This document shows, piece after piece, positions 18,923 through 27,760 of a stretch of 40,497 nucleotides of DNA. Source of the stretch: Spirochaetota bacterium. Lineage in GTDB: Bacteria > Spirochaetota > B62-G9 > DRHN01. How positions within the stretch are numbered: position 1 is the stretch's first letter; every line of letters begins with the position of its first letter. Position numbers and translations under genes: made by a program. The stretch covers positions 1 to 40,497 of the forward strand of contig DRHN01000450.1 in the NCBI GenBank assembly GCA_011049595.1, read 5' to 3'. The notes beneath the pieces are model-generated. The model searched no databases. It was given only the letters and a program-made list of their open reading frames with translations, and was not told the DNA's origin.

Positions 18923-19972
18923 TTAATAAGTAAGCAGCTCTTGTACCGCCTGTACGATATGATGCTTTTGAGGAAGAACTGCTTCTTCCAGGGGATTCGT
19001 ACATTTTTTCAATTCATCAGATAACGCCGGTATGGCTCCGTAGCCGCCACCTTCTCCGGTACGTGTCAGGCTGAACGGTATAGGGGTATTTTTTGCAGCT
19101 ACAATCTTAATCGGCGCTTTCAACGACTTAAAAGCCTTTTCAGATACAATGCTTGAAATGTGCGCTCCGTATCCACCGCGCCTCACAGCTTCATGTGCTA
19201 TAACTAAACGTCCGGTCCTGCGAACCGAATGGAGGATCGCTTCTTCGTCCGTCGGAACAAGGGTACGGAGGTCGATTATCTCGGCGCTTATCCCTTCAGT
19301 TTCTAAATCCTCGGCTGCATCTATGGCAAAGTTCACCATATCCGACCAGGAGACGATCGTAACATCCTTACCTTTTCGCCTCACATTTGCAACACCCAGG
19401 GGAACAGTGTAATCACCTTCAGGAACAGGGCCTCTACTGTTATATAGCATTTTATGTTCTATAAAGATCACGGGGTCATCGTCACGTATAGAAGATAACA
19501 AAAGCCCCTTTGCATCAGCCGGAGTTGAGGGCATTACCACTTTCAGTCCGGGTATGTGGCAGTAAAGAGCTTCAAGACACTGGGAATGCTGGCAACCGAC
19601 AGACACACGGCCCCCTTCCTGCATCCTGATCACCATTGGAACTGAAGACTCTCCTCCTGTTATATAACGGATCTTTGCTGCACGGTTCATTATATGATCC
19701 ATTCCAAGTGTCGAAAAATCAATATACATGATTTCAAAAACCGGACGCATACCCGCTAAAGCGGCCCCAACAGCTGCCCCGGAGATAGCCTCTTCACTCA
19801 AAGGGGAATCTATCACCCTATCTGATCCGAATTCCTCCCACAACCCTGCCAGGACCATAAAGGTGTTGCCTAACCGGCCTATATCTTCACCCAAAAGAAA
19901 AACGCGGTCATCCTTCAACATCTCAAATCTTATTGCTTCTCTTATGGCCTCTGATCCCTTGATCTCTCTCAT
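18923..19972 (-). CDS. ThDP-dependent dehydrogenase E1 beta subunit (AcoB/PdhB-like)
   Basis: GEDIG, DSPLSE, RPVFEIMY, QHSQCLE and IDLRTLVP motifs. Confidence 0.92.
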   Translation of the reverse strand: MREIKGSEAIREAIRFEMLKDDRVFLLGEDIGRLGNTFMVLAGLWEEFGSDRVIDSPLSEEAISGAAVGAALAGMRPVFEIMYIDFSTLGMDHIMNRAAKIRYITGGESSVPMVIRMQEGGRVSVGCQHSQCLEALYCHIPGLKVVMPSTPADAKGLLLSSIRDDDPVIFIEHKMLYNSRGPVPEGDYTVPLGVANVRRKGKDVTIVSWSDMVNFAIDAAEDLETEGISAEIIDLRTLVPTDEEAILHSVRRTGRLVIAHEAVRRGGYGAHISSIVSEKAFKSLKAPIKIVAAKNTPIPFSLTRTGEGGGYGAIPALSDELKKCTNPLEEAVLPQKHHIVQAVQELLTY

Positions 19973-20095
19973 GGTCCCGTAGCCTCATGTGAACAACCTG
20001 TATATTTTAGCACTCAAATATTCCTGTCTGCTAGACAGAACTTCAATATTAATGTACCAACCCCTTCTCCCGTACCGTAAAAAAAAACGCACAAA

Positions 20096-21058
20096 TTATT
20101 TTTCCACGCCAAAAACATCTTTCAGCGCTATTTCAACATCAGGAAAGGGAGATCTCAGAGCATATTCAACCGCCTTCTCAATCTCCTCATCGATTTCCTT
20201 TTTCATATCGTTGTGGGCATCTTTACTAAGTAACCCGTTTTCTTCAAGAGTTTTTGCAAACGCTTTTACCGGGTCCTTTTTACGCCACATTGCAATTTCT
20301 TCTTTAGATCTATAGGTTTGCGGATCACCCTCCCGGTGGCCGCGCAACCGGTACGTTGTTATTTCCAAAAGTGTTGCACCATTGCCTTTTCTTGCCCGGT
20401 CTACCGCTCTACAGCCGGCTTCATACACTGCAATGGGATCATAGCCATCGATTTTCTCACCGGCAATGCCAAAGGCCTTAGCACGTGCTGAAAGACCGGG
20501 TTTTGCAGTAGATATTTCAGTATGGGTTGAAATTGCATAGAGATTATCTTCAAGAATCAGCAAAATAGGAAGCTTCCATAATGATGCCATATTCATTGCT
20601 TCATACAGGCACCCCTGATTTGCAGCCCCGTCTCCGAAAAAATACGCAGACAGATCACCATTTTTTTGAAGTTTCTGAGCAAGAGCCGTGCCGACCACAG
20701 GGCCAAACCCGCCTCCTACAATCCCATCAGCGTAAACATTGACATCAGTAGCAATAACATGCATATGGCCACCCTTGCCATGATTGTACCCCCACTCTCT
20801 CCCAAAAACCTCCGCAAGTACTTTATCCATCCGAGCCCCTTTTGCAAGAAGATGCCCGTGTGCGCGGTGAGTGCTGAAAACAAAATCCGGATCCCGCAAG
20901 TGAATACACACCCCGGATGCGATTGGTTCCTGGCCGATATACAGGTGTATGTGCCCGGGAATAAATCCTTCCGCGTAGAGTTGGATACATTTCTGCTCAA
21001 ATCGTCTTATTCGAAACATCGATTTATATAATAAAATCTGTTTTTCAGGATCTATCAT
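20096..21058 (-). CDS. ThDP-dependent dehydrogenase E1 alpha subunit (AcoA/PdhA-like)
   Basis: IRRFE, HLYIGQE, STHRAHGH, GKGGHMH, GDGAANQG..EDN and TYRLRGH motifs. Confidence 0.92.
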   Translation of the reverse strand: MIDPEKQILLYKSMFRIRRFEQKCIQLYAEGFIPGHIHLYIGQEPIASGVCIHLRDPDFVFSTHRAHGHLLAKGARMDKVLAEVFGREWGYNHGKGGHMHVIATDVNVYADGIVGGGFGPVVGTALAQKLQKNGDLSAYFFGDGAANQGCLYEAMNMASLWKLPILLILEDNLYAISTHTEISTAKPGLSARAKAFGIAGEKIDGYDPIAVYEAGCRAVDRARKGNGATLLEITTYRLRGHREGDPQTYRSKEEIAMWRKKDPVKAFAKTLEENGLLSKDAHNDMKKEIDEEIEKAVEYALRSPFPDVEIALKDVFGVEK

Positions 21059-21134
21059 TGCAGAAAAATCCCCCTGATGGACACAGAAATACGTTTAATA
21101 TCAAAGTTATTATATAAATTATTAGTGAAATAAC

Positions 21135-21150
21135 TGCAAAATTAATGCCA
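21135..21150 (-). promoter_or_regulatory. Sigma-54 (-24/-12) promoter
   Basis: Minus strand TGGCA-TTAATT-TTGCA with canonical spacing, about 77 nt upstream of the E1 alpha start. Confidence 0.88.
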
Positions 21151-21445
21151 ATTTAATTTTATTTATTTCAAAGTGCTAATCCGAGCTTGACCGGCTGATC
21201 CACATTTTCAAATAATTCAAGATTTTTTTAAATGTTTAATTGACCAAATATAATGAGTTATAAAGAATTAATAAAATATTGTATTCTACGCCTGAATACA
21301 CATTGAAACTATTTTAGCAAACCTTTAATATACAATTAATAATACAGATACGTGTCCACGGGCCTGTCATTTTTTCGAAAAAGACAGCTTAATGGCCTGA
21401 AATAATACATTTCATATTAATCTTATAGAAACCTATCTTTTTCTA

Positions 21446-21480
21446 TGTTTCAAAATAAAAAGGTGTTTCAAAAAGAAACG
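21446..21480. promoter_or_regulatory. Tandem degenerate copies of the TGTTTCA-N3-TGAAACA enhancer
   Basis: TGTTTCAAAATAAAAAG (21446-21462) and TGTTTCAAAAAGAAACG (21464-21480). Confidence 0.6.
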
Positions 21481-21546
21481 GTTCACTATAATCATTATTT
21501 CAAATAAATATCACAAATGAATTTAGACATTTTAATTTAGTCACTT

Positions 21547-21574
21547 ATTATACCAATATTATAAAAACTGTCAA
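21547..21574 (-). promoter_or_regulatory. Consensus sigma-70 promoter facing left
   Basis: Minus strand TTGACA-N16-TATAAT with a TG extended -10 (TGGTATAAT). Confidence 0.65.
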
Positions 21575-21829
21575 GTAAATATTTTCATTTTATTTTCTTG
21601 TAAATGAAAATTTATATTGATATTTTTAACTCCATAAAATATATTAAAATTTATGTTCGTATTAATTGTTTTATATTAAGAATTTACTACTTTATTGTTA
21701 ATCTATTTTATATTTTTCATTTAAACATTTTCATAATATAATATGAAAAACGGAAATATATATTAATACCAGCGCAACTCTTTTTATCAAGCAGATTTAA
21801 TCGGTAATTAACAAAAAAACGATCACAAA

Positions 21830-23362
21830 ATGAAAAAAACTGACAACTTTTTGATGGGTGCTGATATAGGAAGCAGTTCTTGCAAAATTAGTATTGTTGA
21901 CGATACTGGCAGAATATTGGCTTATGGAAATACCGATTATTTTGCCGAAACAAAAAAAGAAGGGTGGGCTGAACAAAATCCCGATGTCTGGTTTCAGGCT
22001 TTCAAATCATCTGTTCGACAATGCCTGAAGGAAAGTAGAATACCACCCTCCAAAATTTACGCGCTGAGCGTTTGCGGCCCGGCTCATAATGCAGTTCTTC
22101 TTGATAAAAATAATGAAGTTCTCCGGCCGGCAATTTTGTGGTGGGATCAACGCAGCACGCATCAGAGTGACTGGCTGCTTAAAAAATTTGGAAGAACAAT
22201 ATTTAAAACAACACTTCAGCCTGTACATCCAAGCTGGACACTCGCTCAACTACTCTGGATAAAAGAAAATGAACCATACATATTTAAGAAAATTCATCGA
22301 ATAATCATCGGAAAAGACTTTATTACATACAGACTCACCGGGTCATGGCAGACTGATTGGTATGATGCTATGGGAACACAGCTGTTCAATGGAAAAGCAA
22401 AAAAATGGTCAAAAGAGATCTGCCGGATATTAAACCTTCCTGTTAAATGCCTTCCACCGGTCCTTAACTCATTGGACATCGCAGGACATGTAACCCCTTG
22501 CGCAAGCATTGAAACAGGACTCCCTGTTGGTCTGCCGGTAGCTGTTGGAAGCGGAGATTCTGTAGTTGAAGCCTTCGGAGTCGCTGCCGTTGAACCAATG
22601 GACTGCCTTGTAAAACTGGCAACAACAGGGACGGTCAGTGTGGTGACCGCAAAACAGCACCCAAGCAAAAAGGCCATGTCGTATTTTCATGTAATCCCTG
22701 ACCTTTTTTACACAATTACCGCAACCAACTCCGGGGCGTCATCAGCTCAGTGGTTCTATAAAACATTTCATGATAATGCAAAAGATTCTTATGAAACCAT
22801 GGAACAGCTAGCGGAAAAAGTTGCACCAGGTAGTGAGGGTTTAATATTTCATCCCTACCTGAAGGGAGAACGCTCTCCATACTGGGACCCGGACCTGCGG
22901 GCTGATTTTATAGGTATTTCTCATACTCATAAAAAACAACACTTCATAAGAGCGGTCTTTGAAGGGGTGGCATTTTCCCTGCGGGATTGTATGGAATTGA
23001 TCAGAAGCATGGATATTCCAATTAAAAGAACTTTTCTGGTTGGAGGCGGTGCCAGAATCAAACTGTGGCGTCAAATTACCTCTGACATTCTTGCAACAAG
23101 GCTGCATATTCCAAAAGTGCCTTCTCTTTATGTTGCGACCTACGGGGCGGCCCTTCTCGCGGGTTTGGCCTCTGGAGTTTTTTCGAGTTTAAAGGAAATC
23201 ACTAAAATTGCCGGAAAATCTGATGAAACAATCAAACCCGATCCAAATTATGCGGATCAGTATGAAAAAACATATACAGTTTATAAAGAAATTACCCGGA
23301 ATTTACAGCCGATCTATAAAAAACTGAAAAATATTTACTCCGGTCAGAAATCTATTAAATAG
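21830..23362 (+). CDS. FGGY-family carbohydrate kinase (xylulokinase-like)
   Basis: GADIGSSSCK, GWAEQNP, AILWWDQRS, GSGD, PYLKGERSP, RAVFEGVAF and GGGA motifs. Confidence 0.9.
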   Translation: MKKTDNFLMGADIGSSSCKISIVDDTGRILAYGNTDYFAETKKEGWAEQNPDVWFQAFKSSVRQCLKESRIPPSKIYALSVCGPAHNAVLLDKNNEVLRPAILWWDQRSTHQSDWLLKKFGRTIFKTTLQPVHPSWTLAQLLWIKENEPYIFKKIHRIIIGKDFITYRLTGSWQTDWYDAMGTQLFNGKAKKWSKEICRILNLPVKCLPPVLNSLDIAGHVTPCASIETGLPVGLPVAVGSGDSVVEAFGVAAVEPMDCLVKLATTGTVSVVTAKQHPSKKAMSYFHVIPDLFYTITATNSGASSAQWFYKTFHDNAKDSYETMEQLAEKVAPGSEGLIFHPYLKGERSPYWDPDLRADFIGISHTHKKQHFIRAVFEGVAFSLRDCMELIRSMDIPIKRTFLVGGGARIKLWRQITSDILATRLHIPKVPSLYVATYGAALLAGLASGVFSSLKEITKIAGKSDETIKPDPNYADQYEKTYTVYKEITRNLQPIYKKLKNIYSGQKSIK

Positions 23363-23400
23363 AGTGATAGAGAGAAAAAATTTGTAAAGGAGCTTTTAAT

Positions 23401-24381
23401 ATGGATGATGTTTCTGAATTGAGATCATATGAACCTCAATTTTTAAAAAGCATTTTAAAAAAAATGGTAATGATCCGTGAATTCGAACTAAAAATCAACA
23501 GGCTGTTTCTTCAGGGAATGCTGCCCGGTACTATTCACCTGTCTCATGGTCAGGAGGCAACAGTTGTCGGGGTATGCGAGGCATTGAACACAGACGATGT
23601 CATAACAATCACACACCGAGGACACGGACAGGCGCTTGCAAAAGGTGTTACTCCGAAAGAGCTCATGGCCGAGCTTTTTGGTAAAAAAACCGGATGCTGC
23701 AAGGGTAAAGGAGGCTCTCTTCATGTAGGCAAAATGTCTGTTGGGGCTTTACCGGGAATTGCTATCGTGGCAGCTTCCGCACCCATTGCTTCTGGAATGG
23801 CCCTGGCATTTAAACAGAAAGGTTCAAAACAGGTATCTGTATGTTTTCATGGGGATGGCGCAAGTAACGAAGGCGATTGGCATGAGGCATTAAATCTAGC
23901 CGCTGTTTTCAAACTTCCTGTAATCTTCCTGTGTGAAAACAACCTTTACGCTGTCACAACCCATATAACTACTGTAACTTTGGTTCCTGATATCGCAAAA
24001 CGGGCCGGAGCATATGGAATTCCGGGAAAATCCGTGGATGGCAACGACCCGGTTGAAGTTTTCAAAGCTGCTAGCAGGGCAGTTGAGCACGCCAGGGGAG
24101 GGAAGGGGCCTACATTGCTTGAGTGTAAAACCTACCGGCAGGGCGGTCATAAACGTGATGACCCAGCGACTTACAGACCAAAGGAAGAAGTAGCTGCCTG
24201 GCTTGCTAAAGACCCCATTAAATGTTTTCAAGAGAAGTTAATGAAACTGGAAATAGTGGCCCCTAAAGATCTGGAAGTTATAAGACAGAGTGTTCTCGTA
24301 GAATTAAACGAAGCGGAGAAATTCGCGAAGGGAAGTCCGTTCCCGGAAGTAGAATCAGCCGCGGAGGGTGTCTATGCCTGA
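23401..24381 (+). CDS. ThDP-dependent dehydrogenase E1 alpha subunit
   Basis: IREFE, HLSHGQE, THRGHG, GKGGSLH, GDGASNEG..ENN and TYRQGGH motifs. Confidence 0.92.
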   Translation: MDDVSELRSYEPQFLKSILKKMVMIREFELKINRLFLQGMLPGTIHLSHGQEATVVGVCEALNTDDVITITHRGHGQALAKGVTPKELMAELFGKKTGCCKGKGGSLHVGKMSVGALPGIAIVAASAPIASGMALAFKQKGSKQVSVCFHGDGASNEGDWHEALNLAAVFKLPVIFLCENNLYAVTTHITTVTLVPDIAKRAGAYGIPGKSVDGNDPVEVFKAASRAVEHARGGKGPTLLECKTYRQGGHKRDDPATYRPKEEVAAWLAKDPIKCFQEKLMKLEIVAPKDLEVIRQSVLVELNEAEKFAKGSPFPEVESAAEGVYA

Positions 24382-25420
24382 ACCAAAAGGCAGAAATATC
24401 ACAGTTGTGGAAGCCATCCGGGAGGCTGTTACCCAGGAAATGAAAAATGATGAATCGGTGTTCATAATCGGTGAAGATATACGTATAGGCGGCTCTTTTT
24501 TATTTACATTAGGGCTGGTGGATAAATTCGGCCCGGATAGGATCATAGATATGCCTATATCCGAGTCCGGGTTCGTGGGAATGGCTATTGGCGCGGCCAT
24601 TCAGGGCCGCAGACCCATTGTGGATTTTCAGTACGGTGATTTTGTTTTGGAAGCGATGGATCAAATAATCCAGCAGGCTTCCAAGCTACATTATATGTCT
24701 GGAGGCCAGGTAAACATCCCAATTGTTCTTCAGATGCCGACAGGTGCTTCAGGCAGAGGTTCTCAACATGCGAACTCTGTAGAGGGTTTTTTCTTCCACA
24801 TACCGGGACTTAAATTGGTCACTCCATCCACCCCCTATGACGCAAAAGGTTTAATGATACGATCAATCAGAGATAATAATCCAGTTATGTTTTGTGTCCA
24901 CAAACACAACTACGGTAGCAAAGGCCGCCCTCTTTCAAATAGCACGATTGCAACCGGTCATGTCCCTCAAGAACCTTACACCATTGATTTTGGTAAAGCT
25001 GATATAAAAAGAACAGGAAAAGATGTTACAATTGTGTCAATTCTGAGAATGGTACACCTTTCTATCAACGCTGCTAAAGAATTACAAAAGGAAGGGATAA
25101 GTGCGGAAGTAATAGATCTTAGAACTCTTGTACCTCTTGATACGGAAACAATAATAGATTCAATTAAAAAAACACACAGGCTTGTGATTGTGCAGGAGGA
25201 CAACATGAGAGGGGGCTGGGGCTCCGAAGTGTCTGCAATTGTCGCTGAAAACGCACTTTCCTACCTTGACGCGCCTATTTTACGTGTCGCGTCTTTGGAC
25301 ACGCCTGTTCCTTTTTCACCGCTGCTGGAAGATATTGTAATTCCCAATGAAACAAGGATTATTAATACAGTCCGCACCCAAATGGATATGAATATAAAGA
25401 AGGATTTTAATGGTCAATGA
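24374..25420 (+). CDS. ThDP-dependent dehydrogenase E1 beta subunit
   Basis: GEDI, DMPISE, RPIVDFQY, SQHA, IDLRTLVPLD and DTPVPFS motifs. ATG 24374 after GGAGG overlaps the alpha stop. Confidence 0.92.
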   Translation: MPEPKGRNITVVEAIREAVTQEMKNDESVFIIGEDIRIGGSFLFTLGLVDKFGPDRIIDMPISESGFVGMAIGAAIQGRRPIVDFQYGDFVLEAMDQIIQQASKLHYMSGGQVNIPIVLQMPTGASGRGSQHANSVEGFFFHIPGLKLVTPSTPYDAKGLMIRSIRDNNPVMFCVHKHNYGSKGRPLSNSTIATGHVPQEPYTIDFGKADIKRTGKDVTIVSILRMVHLSINAAKELQKEGISAEVIDLRTLVPLDTETIIDSIKKTHRLVIVQEDNMRGGWGSEVSAIVAENALSYLDAPILRVASLDTPVPFSPLLEDIVIPNETRIINTVRTQMDMNIKKDFNGQ

Positions 25421-25652
25421 CATAGTAATCCCGCAAATAGGTGAAGCCTCCTCCGAATTCTATCTTGTTAAATGGCTTAAAAATACCGGTGATCGAGTGA
25501 CAGAAGGAGAGACGCTTTTTGAACTTGACATAGAGAAATCTGTTTTAGAAATAGAATCGGTTTATACCGGAATCTTAACTGAAATCCTGGTAGAGGAAGG
25601 AGAAAAAGTTATACCTCTACAGGTAGCAGGTAAAATCATAACGGATGAATGA
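25410..25652 (+). CDS. Stand-alone lipoyl-attachment domain protein
   Basis: IPQIGE...VKWLK..GD.V.EGE.L.ELDIEKS...IES...G.L; 80 aa; overlaps both neighbouring genes. Confidence 0.87.
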   Translation: MVNDIVIPQIGEASSEFYLVKWLKNTGDRVTEGETLFELDIEKSVLEIESVYTGILTEILVEEGEKVIPLQVAGKIITDE

Positions 25653-26064
25653 ATTGAGGGAAAAAATGACTGAAATTACCGTGAATAGCAATAAAAAAAT
25701 AGACGCAATTAATATCACTGGCAATATTTCCAATTTTATCCCCGAAAATGCTCAGGGATTTATCCATCTTTATTGCCCGCACTCCACTGCCGCTCTTATT
25801 ATAAGTGAATATGAGGATAAGCTGATCAAAGATCTCAAAAGTGTGGCCAACCGGCTTCTAGAGCATTGCGGACCCTTTGAACACAATGATAACAATAATC
25901 CAAACGCCTCCGCCCATATTTTAAGCAGCATTATGGGTGTCAGTACATGGGTTCCCGTTCAGAACGGCAAAATGAAATTGGGCAAATATCAAAATATTCT
26001 TTTGCTTGAACTGGATGGCCCCAAACAACGTAAAATTCAATTTTCTTTTATAAAAGCTGAATAG
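25645..26064 (+). CDS. yjbQ: YjbQ/UPF0047 family protein
   Basis: PHSTAAL, H.D..N..AHI and LGKYQNILLLELDGP motifs. Confidence 0.88.
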   Translation: MNELREKMTEITVNSNKKIDAINITGNISNFIPENAQGFIHLYCPHSTAALIISEYEDKLIKDLKSVANRLLEHCGPFEHNDNNNPNASAHILSSIMGVSTWVPVQNGKMKLGKYQNILLLELDGPKQRKIQFSFIKAE

Positions 26065-26109
26065 TAATTGTTTGTAAAATAAATAAAATTACGAATTAAT
26101 ACAATTTTA

Positions 26110-26985
26110 ATGGAAAATATCGAAAAAAGAAACAGTTTTAACTGGCTTTTAAAATTAAAAGCCATTTACAATTCATTAAAAACTGCGGAAAAAAATGCGG
26201 CCGAACATCTTCTAAAACATTCGAATTTGCTATCAGGGATGACAATAACAGAGGCTTCGAAATTTATTGGGTGCAGTCAGGCAACACTATTCCGCCTATC
26301 AAAAAAATTGGGGTTCAACGGTTACCCTGAGCTCCGTCAGGCATTCAAACTTAACCGGGATAGTAAAGAATTTTATCTTTACACTGATATAAAACAGGAT
26401 GATTCCAGTGAAAAAATACTAAACAAAGTTTTTTCCACCACTATTCACACCATCCAAAACACCCTGGATGTTGTGAATCTTTCTGAATATGATAAAGCTC
26501 TAAATGCGATTTTAAACGCAAACAAGATTTCATTTTTTGCTATCGGGGGAGCATCATCTGTAGCAATGATCGGATTTTATAAATTTAACCGTATCGGCTG
26601 TAATTGTACATATTATACTGATCCTGATCTATCACTTATCGCAGCCTCCCATTTAAAAAAACAGGATGTGTCAATCCTTATATCCCATTCAGGAAAAAGC
26701 AAACCTGTTATAAACGCTGCAAAATTAAGTAAAGATTCCGGAGCTACTTCAATATCAATTACTAATTTCCCTTTGTCCCCTCTGGCAAAAATCAGCGATA
26801 TTATTCTCTTAACGGCAGCTTTTGCTGAATATTCATCGAGAGATATTTTAGCCAACCGAGTTGCTCAGTTATGTCTGATAGAATCCCTTTATATCGGGGT
26901 GTTTAACATCCTGCACAAAAATAAAGATGAATTATTAAGTAATGTAAACAAGATTGACGATATCATTAAGTTAAATAAAGTGTAA
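26110..26985 (+). CDS. RpiR/MurR-family transcriptional regulator (HTH + SIS)
   Basis: SQATLFRLSKKLGFNGYPEL HTH; SIS motifs IGGAS, ISHSG and ITN..SPLA. Confidence 0.93.
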   Translation: MENIEKRNSFNWLLKLKAIYNSLKTAEKNAAEHLLKHSNLLSGMTITEASKFIGCSQATLFRLSKKLGFNGYPELRQAFKLNRDSKEFYLYTDIKQDDSSEKILNKVFSTTIHTIQNTLDVVNLSEYDKALNAILNANKISFFAIGGASSVAMIGFYKFNRIGCNCTYYTDPDLSLIAASHLKKQDVSILISHSGKSKPVINAAKLSKDSGATSISITNFPLSPLAKISDIILLTAAFAEYSSRDILANRVAQLCLIESLYIGVFNILHKNKDELLSNVNKIDDIIKLNKV

Positions 26986-27079
26986 ATCATGTTCAGCTTA
27001 CCGTCATACGGGCATTATTAAGAGTGAATAAAATCTACGCAGGTTGAACAAAAGAGTGAAATTCTTTCTGTTATAAATT

Positions 27080-27739
27080 TTATTTAAAAATGTCCCCGGT
27101 TTCTTTGTACCAGAGCACAAAATCAAGATGGCTCAAAGGTATTTCCAGGCTTTCGGAAAACCCGGCCATTTTCTTCTCGATATTGAGATATTTTTTTCTT
27201 GACAGGCTTCCCGGGATTTCATCGATCACACAGCAGGCGTCCAGGTTCTTCAATATGTGTCTGTCCAGAATGGCGATATCGTCCCCGAAACCGATATTTC
27301 TCAAGAAATGGCCGGACTCTTTATAGCCGATACCTTTTACATTTGAGACAAACCATTCCCTTTTGTCGTACACGGAAGCATGTGCGCTGATTTTTTCTCT
27401 CAGGTTTATCCTCCCGCCCATTACAAACAGTTTTCTTGCCAGGTCTATGTATTTAGCTTTGTTGTTGCGGAAACGAACAATATTTAATTCGCCGGCGATC
27501 TGAGAAAGTGTGCCCTTAAAAAGGAGATTTTTCTGTAAAAGGTTTTTTACCGCCTTTTCGGCAGAGCGCGCCCGGGATGACGGTGTCAGAATACAAAAAA
27601 CCAGCTCCTGGAATATATCCTCATCACTGCCGTTTCTCCAAAGGGCGTTAAATTCTTCGAGCCTGTCTATGATCCGGGTTTTTATTTTTTTATATACGGC
27701 CATAATCTCTTCTATTGGAGTAAGATTTTTGCTATGCAT
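27080..27739 (-). CDS. ogg: 8-oxoguanine DNA glycosylase/AP lyase, OGG2 (archaeal-like) family
   Basis: ELVFCILT, RFRNNKAKYI, HhH VKGIGYKESGHFLRN, AILDRH, and C-terminal WY.ETG..FK ending in Lys. Confidence 0.9.
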   Translation of the reverse strand: MHSKNLTPIEEIMAVYKKIKTRIIDRLEEFNALWRNGSDEDIFQELVFCILTPSSRARSAEKAVKNLLQKNLLFKGTLSQIAGELNIVRFRNNKAKYIDLARKLFVMGGRINLREKISAHASVYDKREWFVSNVKGIGYKESGHFLRNIGFGDDIAILDRHILKNLDACCVIDEIPGSLSRKKYLNIEKKMAGFSESLEIPLSHLDFVLWYKETGDIFK

Positions 27740-27760
27740 AATGTTATTTACTACCCCGGG

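Noticed and set aside
18923-25420. Calling the E1 pairs pdhAB/acoAB and the kinase xylB
   Set aside because: Family membership is clear but the substrate is not; E2/E3 and xylA are absent from the window.
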